From: Tubulanus polymorphus
Lineage: Eukaryota > Animalia > Nemertea
DNA length: 64,000 nt
Direction of reading: 5' to 3'
NCBI RefSeq assembly: GCF_964204645.1
Contig: NC_134034.1
Location: forward strand, 6,050,914 to 6,114,913
The notes under the pieces were generated by a model. The model did no database searches and was not told the DNA's origin. It was given only the letters and a program-made list of their open reading frames with translations. The position numbers and the translations under genes were made by a program. Positions 37,601 through 49,600 of the stretch are shown here, one piece after another (the stretch's first letter is position 1; the number at the start of each line of letters is the position of its first letter).

Positions 37601-40600
37601 TGCCAGTATGACGATTTTGTCGTCTGTCAAATTTGTCTTGACACCACGATTGAAAGATTATGGATTGATTGGTTAGCCATGTCTGCGTAAATTTTCAAGG
37701 AAAAAATCTCTGGAAATCTGCTTAACACCCTTTGATCAGATCTCCATCAGGATTTTCCAGAAATATCTGCAGTGTTCTCCATTGTGATAAATTTCTGAGG
37801 GGCGGCATGTACGCGAGAACCTGGACCACCTGTCCTGATAGGTGCTTGCCCTTTAGGTGCAAGCACCTATCAGGATAGGCGGTCCGGGGGCCTTCCCCCG
37901 GAAAAATTTTCTATTTGTAGTTGCTCAGATGCGTTTTCCCAGCATTTGGGTTCATAATCAACTAGTTTAAGTTCGGTAATTTTCATATCCTTAGACTAGG
38001 AAGTGATCATCGGCAGTTTGCTTGAAGCACTTGCCTGCCGGTGATTAGTAGTCTTACGTGCATAAAAGTTTGATGTTCTTCCATTTATATAATTTAGATT
38101 TGTCATTAAAGCTCAGCAAGCATTAAATTTATTTCCATTTGGTAACCTAAGGTGACCTAATTTTTGAAAAATATTTTGGTAATCATAATAAAAGTTTATC
38201 TACGGGCATTGAAACTTGAAAAGTTTAATCTGCTGGTTTTGTTAATTCAGCGGCTGAGCTGCAGTGTCGGGACCTTCGCGCATTGATTTTTTAAATTTTT
38301 TGCATGCTGGGAAATCCCAGGGTATTTATAGGCCTATCTGAGCGGCGCTTCATGGTGAGCCGTTTCTACAATTGTTGACGTATGTAATAAGTTTATATGG
38401 CGTGAAGCTTTGTGTGACTCACTCTATTTATACAATTATTGACGTTCCGGTAGTGTTTCAACTTATTGGGACAAAGAAGATTGAATTAATTTTTTGGTTG
38501 GGTTATCCTAGGGATCACATTTTGGGTCCTATAGGTCAAAGGTCAAGGTCACCGGAAACTGTTTTGTAGTTCTCATTTCCTGCTTTTAATCATAAATTTT
38601 TTCTAACATCCGAAATTTCCGTGGATTTGCTGAAGGCCCTCTGGGATCCCTGTTAGTGTCATCATTTGTAGGTAGAATTAGGTTTTTTGAGAAAAATATC
38701 AACAGGTTTTGATCTTAGAATAGGGATTGTCCCTGTTATTTATTTGGTTGGTAAATTTCGTTTTTGATTTTTTGATTGAGTGTCCCTTACACACCCACCG
38801 CACCCGCTGGGAGCGAAACTGGGGGTTTGATTATAATCTTGGTATTTATATGTTATTTAAATGTTATCAGTGTCATCATATTCATCTCACATGGAATTCG
38901 GTTTACCCAGATATTTGTTGTCATTACCAGGGGGAGTTAAATATTGAGTTATGTCCATAAAATTTGCTTATCTATATTGGCGCCAATGAATATTTTGAAA
39001 CTTATATGTTGTAGGATTGTGTTGAATTGTATGGTTTACTAGGGGGTGTTGGATAACCGAGTCACTTCGTGTTTTCATATCTTATTGGAATATTTTTATG
39101 CATGTAGCATCTTTTATTTGCATGGCGGTTAAGTGCCGCAGCATGCCAAAACCCACAGCGAGATCTTTGGTAATACGTAGATGCCGAACATATAATGGAT
39201 GTAGTTGAATGAATTGAACAAAGATACTTTATAATGAATTGTACGATATGCTTATGTCTTAGGCCTATGGAATAATATATCTTGTATGTAATCATTGGAA
39301 AGCTCAATGAATGTAGAGCTAAATTAAGTTTTGTTTACTAGAAGGGTGTTCTAAAATTATTTTATACGGGTACAAAAATATCAGTGAATTAATTTTGCGT
39401 GTTTGCTTTTTTTAGAGGACAGACACCAGCCGATGCGGAATACAACTTTTTAGAACGAGCAAAACGATTGGATATGTATGGTGTCGACCTCCATTATGCT
39501 AGAGTATGTATATTTTAGCCGACTTTGGGAAAAACCCCTGCTGACTAATGTATTCACTTTTGTTTTGTCCGTTCGTTTGTCTGTCCCTAGACTGATTCAT
39601 CCGCAGCCTAAATCTAGCCTGAACAGAATCATAATGGCTAATTGATTGTCCTTGTTGTTTGCCAAAATTACTAAGTAGCCACAGCTATTATTATACCACA
39701 TTGTGTGACTGAAAATCTAAAAAACGCATTCAACCAGTGTTTAGCCATAACACAAAAGATTTGCAGTGTAACTAAGATAAACCCTCCAACCCTTCCAATT
39801 TAACAGAATCATTGATTATCGTATCAATATCTGCATTCTGATTGCCAGTGGAAATATTCCGGAAATCTTTTGAGCAAAGATCGGCAAGCGATACTGGACG
39901 TCTTTACTTGTAGCCCTGCAGATATCAACTCTTCAACTGAAATATTTACCGTTTTACCTCTTAAACGTATCCTTCTACGTATGTATTATAAATTAATCGC
40001 TCAGCATCCAAGTAGGCCTACATGTATAGCTTGTTGTAATGATGACAAGTGAGTCAATGGGAAAACCCAGTACCATGTATTAATCATGCGGTCTAATAGT
40101 GCTCATTACAGTTCGTGGCTCAGTCCCAAGTCGGCTGAAAACTGCCCTAATTAGGCAGCTCATTGATATTTCAGAGCTGCTGATTTTTTGCCTTTGTCAA
40201 CGGTCTGGCCGATCAATAATCATTTGTGTGCTTAATACACTATGCTTATAGCTATTTTTAGCACACTCAAATGCAATTTCAGTAGCCTGTAATTTCACTA
40301 CTAACGGATTAAGCAAAAATATATTTCGTGATACGTTTTTCTGTATGGTGCGCTAAGTTGAAAAGCATTGGTTTCATATTTTTTTAGAAATTAACCAAAA
40401 AGTGTCAAAAATTCGATTTATTTGAGCACGTTTTTTTATGCAGCATCTTTTAATTTTCCATTGTTAGCATAAATGAAAATCGTACATTAAGACCTTTAGT
40501 CTGTGGTCCTCCCAATCCAGATCATCATAGAACATTTGCCGATAGATGTAAACATAAACCACTTTTACATCGCGTCGTAAATACGCGGGCAAAAATATCA

Positions 40601-43600
40601 AACATGTTCAATCGCCATGAATTTTTCGGGCGATTTACAAATTCTTGCAATCGGGCAAAAAGTTACGCTCGTGTGCCCCTAGCTCTATTTGTTCCTGCCA
40701 GCTCCCCATCTGTGCTACTTATAAAAACATGATTGTACTGTACTGTATTATATAATCATTTGCCAAATACGACAGTCTGGCCATTGTGCCCCTTGGGGCT
40801 CTTGTTTTCTTTTTCAATTATGCTAGGGTCAGGAAAAATAGATTTTTCACTAATCGGCGCTAGGCATGGATGACCTTGATTTGCATAAAATGCAAAGTCA
40901 ATCGAATTTCATTCTGCCGGGAAATATCAAATTCAATTTCATTTTATTAAAGAAATGATCAGACTGATGAGCGCATGTGATGCATATATATAGTCCGTCA
41001 AAATAAACTATTCTATAAATCAATACTGCTGGATCCAAAATGCTGACTGCCTGTAAATCTATTTTTTTTGTATTCAAATAAAATTAATGATAACTATTGA
41101 AAAATCTTTCTGCCGAGAAAATAGCTGCTGCTTCAAGGATTCGAACCTGCTTTCTACTGTTTTTTTTTTTTTAAGATTTCAACCACCAATCAGAATCTAT
41201 GATACATTTGTTATAAATCAAACATGGCTTCCACACCAAACTGATATTGATTTTTGCTAGATTCCGGCCGGAGGATTTCCCAGATGCCCTGAAAGTTAGC
41301 GCAATATGACCTACAATTCTTGATAGGGTTCGATGAATCTTTATGTTAGTATTTGGGTAGGTGAAATGTCTACCCCTGTCAGCCATTAGATATGGCCACC
41401 AGAGCAGCCATCTTGAATTGTCTGTTACTGCAATACAGCCTGTAATTCTACATAGATTTTCATGAATTTTCACTCAGTCGATGGGTTTAAAACTGCTAAC
41501 CCTTGGGAGTGATGCGTAGCTTCGCCACATTCTAGTTTGTTTCTGTATTGGTTCATCAGTGGTGTTGAACATTTAAATTGTCAGATTATTAAACATTTCA
41601 CCTATGGGCATGGTATCCCGGACCCCAGTTGCTGAAGCATTTTCAAGTTCTATTTAAGCAGCAGCAGTGTCAGACTCTTGCAAGTTTGTTGTCAATTGGC
41701 GTTTTGCCTTGATATTCAATGGTTTAGAATGTCAATGGGTTGACGCAGTTTGTCTGGTATATCAGATTCCTTTTAAATGTGACTAGATTATGATTTACAG
41801 TAATATATTTTGGATTGAATAATTAATAACTATGCTTGGATGATTGTAATTTGTGGTCATTTTCATTGGCTGTGCATATCTATTAGGCACAAAGTAAAAA
41901 AGTCTTTGTTTCCGGTCCCCCGACCGACCCGATCAAAAAGGCTAAAGTTTTTATGGGAAGTTGAGCAAGATAGAAAATAAAATTTTTTTCAGATCAGGAA
42001 ATAGTTGATAGCAAAAAGTTATTTTTTATTGTTCATATCGGGGTAATCATAATACTGACATGGTAGGACTTTCAAGATGCGCTAAAGCATTTTGTTAACC
42101 GCTGGCGTGAGCTGACATACGCATGGCTTCCCACAAGCATGCACACGATACATAGATCAGCCGGCTGTCACTGGGGCAACCTATACACTGCGCGAGTGCC
42201 TTACTATATGGTACTACATCTGCTTAATCTATTTTGGTCGAAATGAAAAACAAATGGAAATACATAGAAAGTATTTGTAAACACAATCTCCCTGTTTTGC
42301 CACCAAACAGACGCAATGGCTCTCTGCTGTAATTAGCGCGATTGATACAATGGCGGCTGCAGACAGATCGTGATTATGGATTTAGAGGATATTATAAGCA
42401 TGAAGAACCTATTACATGTAATAACGAACCGGCAACAAAACGAAAGAGGCATCAGACTTGTTCGCTAGTAAAAAGAATTGTAAATAAAGGTTTCACAATA
42501 AAGTTTGTTGTTTGGTAGAGAATTTTATATTTAATTTCAATCCTCGTTATTTCAATTTGTCTAATCAAATCAATGACTGACATCGAAGGATTTCATTAAT
42601 CATTGTATGTGATTGCAACCAATAGCGATGACTGGTCTGTCTGTCCGTCCTACCGTCCTATAGGGGTATGACGGTAATGACACTTTTGGACTCTCTGGAC
42701 ATATCACTTTGATGTGTTGAACACCCAAAAAAAGAATTCCCTACCTACCTACTCATTAAAATCATACTAGTGGGACCAGAAACAAGGACTTTTTTATTTT
42801 ATGCCCTATCGCCAGGTTTTTCACTCGATGAATTCATTAGTGCCTCTGTTTATGTAACTTGTTGTTTTGTATCTTTACAGGACCAACACCAAGTTGAGAT
42901 ACAACTAGGGGTTCATAGCTCTGGTCTTTCTGTCTTTCAAAACAATGTAAAAATCAATACATTTTCATGGGCGAAAATTGTAAAGATCTCATTCAAGCGC
43001 AAGCAGTTTTTCATCCAGTTACGCCGTGAGCTTGTAGGTGACATTGTAAGTATAAATGTATAAAATATGTGTGCTGGTACATATCAATTGCATCACAGCA
43101 GAATAAAGAATCAAATTGGCCCAGAATATCTTTGAGGGAGGCTTACCGGCTGTATTCAACCCTTACATCACTTCCTTAACCAGTTTCCATCTACTTCAAA
43201 CTGGACACACTGGCAAATTTTACTCATCAACTAATTTGGCCAACCGGCTCAGGTGTTGGCAGGAACGTAGATAGTTATGCTACTTTTGAGAAATATAGAA
43301 TTCTTCACATTTTTGGCTTGTTTGGGGCTTTATTTTTCACTCAATAAAATGCAATGGCTGAAAACCATGACGTATTCTATAATTATTGCAAATTTTTATT
43401 TACTAGTTGGTTCTATAATTTGCCCAAGAGGGGTGTTAAATGTTAAAATGTTCAGAAGTCGAGCATCATACCTGTTCCCAAAAGTTGGACCCCTGGTTGA
43501 CAATAGAAATTAGATTGATTTATTTTCAATGCTGTGCCCTCATGATCTAGTCGATGCAGTTGCCGACTAGAATGTTTCCCTATCTTGTTTCAAAATTTCG

Positions 43601-46600
43601 GGACTGTATGAATTGAAATTAGCGACTCAAACAAGTAATCAGCTAGTGTGTCCAGGTCTTATTATAGATATTGTGCAGCGGGGAACATAATTTTTTGACT
43701 GTCACAGTTCGAGATTTGCCTGACAAAACAAAAGATGATATATGGGCCATTTCATGAAAAAAGCGCAGAGCCGCGCAATGTCCTTTGTGCAGCTACAGAA
43801 GCAGTGAACTGGTTAAGGATTGATATGATTTTATGTTAATCTAACACCTATAATAATCTGTATTTGGCCATAGAAATTAACAAACCTTCACATCGTAATA
43901 GAAATAGGGAAAGGCTTTTTTACTAGATTAACAAAAATTACCATTAGCTAATGGGCTTTCATCTTGTATTTCGTATTTCCTTATGAAATTGAAAAAACAT
44001 CATAGTGTCAATCCAAAAAGAGCATAATGAATCCTATTTATTGTGCTCAATCAAGTAAAGTACATCCCCTTTTTCTGGGATTCCAACTTGATGGCATTAG
44101 GACTCCATTGAGAGACATCTGGCAGGCACTGCTAGTTTTGATGTCAATGATTCTTTTTAGTGAACTGTTTGTATTGTGGTATAGTAGAGTCCTCTCAACT
44201 CAAATCCTATTAAGTCAAAAATCGGTTCAACTCAGTGTAGTGTTGAATTTTTTTTTCTGTCTTTGTTTACCATACATTTAAATTCACTCTCGTGAAATTG
44301 GTCAGCTTGAATGTTCGTTCAGCTCGAACTATTCTTGACCACAAGTAAATTCAAACTCCTTTCGACTGAAATATCTGAACGATCTCCCGGTAGCAAACAC
44401 AAGTATCGATTAAAAACATGGATGTGCTTATTGCTTTACTAGTAGGCTACTGGTAGTAACAGTAGAACAATCCATGCTACACGATAGGACAATACACCGC
44501 TCACGGACATTCAGACATTTAGTTATTAAGTACGTACACAATCTCTAGCATGGCTAGAGGTCCTAAAATCAGATAACTTCATATAATTGAATGTCAACAT
44601 GTGGAATCCCACTTAACTCATTGATTTTTTTCTGGTTCCAATGAATTTGAGTTGAGGTCTACTGTAGTTAAACTTCCTGATGCCATCGAGTTTACATCCC
44701 TGTAAGGAGGATAGTAGAATTACTATTTCCTACATAGAATATTATACAGAATGTCTTATCGTCTATTTGTTTTTTGTCTAGCCCAGTGAACTACCACCCA
44801 GCCCTGAGGTATGTCCATATATAAAACGATTTGTAATGTAAACCTGTGTCTATCGCAAGACTGTCCAGTGTGTATAATTATGTATGAATATTGCTTTCTT
44901 TTGGTCCTTTAAACCAATTCAGAGGGCTGTTCTTTTCACTTTTCATCCATCGTCAGGCTTCTGTTTATCCTTAGATAGAATCAAACATTTTGTTAAGATT
45001 TAAAAAAGCGTTGATAGGTATTGCCTTCAGATATTTGGTTTATACATTTATCTAGCTTAGACTCATCTGCAGCCCAAAAGCTGGCCCATTCAGTATCAAA
45101 ATGGTTGACAGCCATTTTTTGACACAATTGGCACTTATCACATATTTTTTGGGTTTCCAAATGAAATTTAAAAAAATGCTCACTCGGGGGATGTTAATTG
45201 GCAAAGTTACTGGTACTGGCATTGAAAAGGGTTTTGGGATCACAGGCACTGGAAGCACAGTTTTCCATACCAAAGGGGTTTGCACCTTCGGTGCTTGCAA
45301 ATACATGTAGTTAACCTAATAACTTTCATTGTAATCAGGGATGAAGATCCTCGGCGGAAATGCGGATTTCCGCGTTTGGAGGTTCATTTTAATCATTCTT
45401 GAGATTGATGTAGATCCGTTCAGAAAATGATGGGGGATTAGGCTCTCGGGGAAAAGTTGAGAGTTAGATCGTAGCACACTTACAGAACGGACCGTAAAAG
45501 CGTCTTATAAAACCGGTGCTACGAGCTCAGAAATCTTTTTTACAACATCATAGCGAAACATCGCTGTTGTCTAAACCCACAGTACAGATCAAAAATGTAT
45601 ATACATGTAATAGCACTTTGGGAAAATCGATATTTAGAATCTGCGGTTGCGGGCTTCAATTCATTCAACAAAGCATAGCCTACGTGCTCAATTAAAGTAG
45701 TCATTGTTTTAATTCAGGCACAGTGCGCTTGTCTTGAGTGATAGATAGGAAGATTATAGATCCTCTCGGGACTCAACTATTTATTGACAAGTGCATTTAA
45801 GTATGAACATGTGAACATGTTCTACTGATTTGGACATTGTCGGGGCCATCCCTTTCATTTACTCAAGACATAAATAACAAACGACCAACTGCGTGGCAGC
45901 AGTCTTATTTTGTCATTGAAAAATGGGCCTCAGATGCGCCAAAATCTCCTTGAAATTTCAAAATTTTCTTGGGCAGGTCCTCCAAACCCCCCATTAGGGG
46001 GCTTCGCAGCTTTGGTGCTCGCGGCTGCTGGTTTGGCCAGCACAAGTTAGCCTAAAATTTTATTTCTAATATTTTCCTCTGTTTTCATCCCTGTGTAATA
46101 TTTCCGCTTTTTTCAAACGCCTCTGTATTTCCATCGAGTACTGTACCCTTTCCTATGGTTTTTGCCAATATTTTCTAAATTTGGATTTATCGCCAATGGT
46201 TTTTCTATACGACCCGGCCCTGCGGTATTGCATTTAGCCACCGGCGAAATCCGTCATCTTTTTTCTTGGCGTTCTCGCAGTAGAACGCGTTGGATTTTTT
46301 CGCCGTAAAAATCTGGGAATTAGGATATTAGGGAGTTTTCACTCTCGTAACGGTGAGTCCGTTCGGTTTGGGGGTTATCCCTGATTTCTTTTTTTCCGTA
46401 AGAATTTTATTTACAAATATAATTTGATTGAATTGAATTGAATTGTTTTGATTTGTAACAGGATAATTATGCCACCCCCTCCTAAGGGTCAGCATCGTGG
46501 CGGGGAGGGATGCGGGCATTTGTTTGGCGCCTGGGACAACCACGATTCATGTGCGTCGTGCAGGCGCAAATCCGGTCAAATATGTGCAAGGAGCAATCCT

Positions 46601-49600
46601 TGCAATATTTGCGTCGTGTGGTCCGAGGACCTTTGGCTTCGGGCCGATAAGGCTCTTAAACTAAGAGATCGTCGTCGAGTTAGCAGGGATTAGTCGGTTT
46701 CGGCCGATGTGCCAACGGACGTTTCTAATCCTGTTTCTTATCGTAAAGCGGAGCGGTCGCCGGTCGTTCAGGTACGATCGGCTTCCCAACTCCGTTCACC
46801 GGGGAGGAACGCTGGTTCACCGGCACCGGTCTCCGATCATTCACCGGTCTCTGGTCGTTCACCGGTTCGGCCGGTTCGGCCGGTTCAGACTACATGTTCG
46901 GAACCGAGCGCGCGCCGCGGTAGTCGCGAACGGCCCGCACCGGTTCGGTCGGTACCGGTCCGGGTCAAGCATCGGTCCGGTTCGGCCACCGGTCCGGTCC
47001 AGACGTCGTCCGGTTCAAAACATCCGGTACGTTCATCGTCTGATTCTGATCGTCGCTCCGGGGATAGAGCTCGCTCTCCCACTAGATTTAGACGCCGTGA
47101 GCGTAATAAACGAGCAAGATCTCCTTCTCACAGATCAAGGTTTGATCGCGAGAGGGACTACGATCGTTATTGTCGGAAGTTTCGCCGTCGGTCTTCTCAT
47201 CATTCGTCGACGTCGGTTAGCGATGAAAGCGATTCTTCTAGTAGGTTGCGATCCCGTTCGAGGGACCGTCACCGAAGTCGGCATGATCGTCGGGATACTG
47301 GAAAATACCTGACTCAGAAGGATTTCCATGTATTTGAGGAGAAAATTTTAAACTTGTTATCTTCGTCATAACAAGTTGCTGCAACTTCTACAACAGGTAA
47401 GCCTATTCCTGATTGTCCGGTTAGAAGTTCGCCAGCCCACTCAGTTTTTCGGAATTCTGACTCTGAATTCCTGGATGCTGCGGTAGGGTCTGATTTCAAT
47501 GAGGATCCGGTCCCAGAGGCAGCAATTCCTTCTGGGTTCGTTCCTGTCGCAAGCAATTGTGGGTTGCCCCAGACGATGGGGGCTTCCCTGGCTCGCAATG
47601 TATCTCCGTCCCGTTCAGTTTTATCCGAACCAGCGGGGGACATGCCATTTAGAGCGATGATAAGTGAGTTCTTTGTCAAGCACGGGGCAACTCGCGCTAA
47701 GCCCACAGCAGCTCCTCTGGTCGGTGAGTCAATGGAAGCTTATCGCCCTCCGGACTCCGATCTTAACGTTTTACGGGAATCGTCAGCGGTTTCAAGAGAA
47801 TGGGCTCGATTGGATACGCAATTATGGGGTGAATGTCGGCCTGGAACTTTTTCATTTCCCCCTCCAGAACTGGGTATGAAATCTGGGAAATATTTTAGTT
47901 CAACCGATCCACCTATAGGCGCATTTCGCTCGGCGTATTACGCAACTCCAGGTGCTGTGGATCACAGTCATAACTGCCTGGATGCTGATTATACTTTGAT
48001 CAGCCCGGATACTGTTACAGCACAGTCGGGTATTCGTTTGCCTAAGTCCTGTTTGGTGGCCATGACGTCAATCCTGGACAATCTTACCAGGGTTGGTTCG
48101 TTTCAAGATATGGCACTTAAGGTGTTGACGGGTGAGCTTCGCGAGACTCACGCCGCCGTTCATGCGGGCTCCGACCCAGAGTCAGTTGCCCTAAAACTGG
48201 AGGGAATGGACCGGATTGTCCAATCTTTGGCTCGGTCTGTTTCGCATGTAATTCCGTTGTCGGTTCGGGGTCAGGCTAATCTGGTGTTAGCCTCCCGTCA
48301 GTCAGTGATGGACTCCAGTGCCAAAACTCGTCTACCGGATATGGTGTCCAATGCTTTGCTGAGAGCCCCATTGGGGACGTCTTCACGTCTCTTCTCCGGT
48401 TGGTGCGCTCCGGTTTCCGCAGAGCTGAGGAAGATTCGGGAGGTTCAGGCCAAGTCCAACCCCCGAACTCCGTGGAAAAAGCGTTCTGGTCCGACGCCGG
48501 CGGCGCAAGGTTCGGCACGGACGCAAACAGGACCATCTCAAACTTCAGCGCTTTCTCAGGCGGCTTCGGATGCCGGTTGGAGAACTAGCGCGCAACTTCA
48601 ACAATCGTGTCAAGGCTCGTCCGGTCGTAACAGTTCCGGTTCGTATCAAGGCAAGGGGAAGGCTCCAAAAAGGGGCTCTTCCTTTCGGAAAAACTCGAAA
48701 TGAATTCTTGGGACCAGTGGGAGGTTGTCTGCAACAGGCAGCAACCCACTGGTCCGACCTCTTTGGAGACGGTTGGCCCTCCCGGGTCGTCTCTCGGGGC
48801 TACCGTCTCCGTTTCCTAAGGCGACCGCGCCTGATGAGGTCACCTCCCGACATGCGGCCAAAACCAGGTCAGGAGGCCTTAATCTCTCCGGCTCTCAAGG
48901 AACTGGCAGAGAAGGGAGCGATAGAACCAGTTTGCAACGAAACTTCTCCCGGCTGGTTTTCTCGAATATTCATGGTACCAAAGGCCACAGGGGGTCAACG
49001 GACAGTGATAGATCTGTCATCCCTCAATCGGCACCTAGACATTCCAAGGTTCCGGATGACCAAGCCCAAGGACGTGATTCAAGGGCTCCGTCCGGGTACA
49101 TGGGCGGCTTCATTGGACCTGAAAGATGCTTACTTTCAGGTTCCAATTCACCCAAAATCTCGGCGATTTCTCAGGATAAAGTGGAAAGGCCGCCAGTTCC
49201 AATTCAGGTCTCTTCCATTTGGCCTCAGTACGGCCCCGTGGGTTTTCACCAAGTGAGTCAAGTCAGTTCAGAAGGTACTTCAGTCAAGGGGTGTTCGACT
49301 TTTCGTTTACCTCGACGACTGGTTAATAGTCGCGAATTCGGCTCAGGAATGTCGGGAGGCAATGACCTCAGTCTTGGACTTAGTCCATCAGCTAGGGTTC
49401 CGCGTAAACAGGGAAAAATCTCAGTTGACGCCGGCCCAACAGTTCACTTATCTCGGCATGGACTTCGATCTCCGAATCGGCAAAGTCTTTCCGTCTATGG
49501 TTCGAGTGGCCAAACTTCAAGAAGCTGTAGCGGGAGTGTCCACAACCCCGAGAACAGCTCGTTACTGGTCACGGCTTCTAGGCTCCATCAGCTCCATGGG

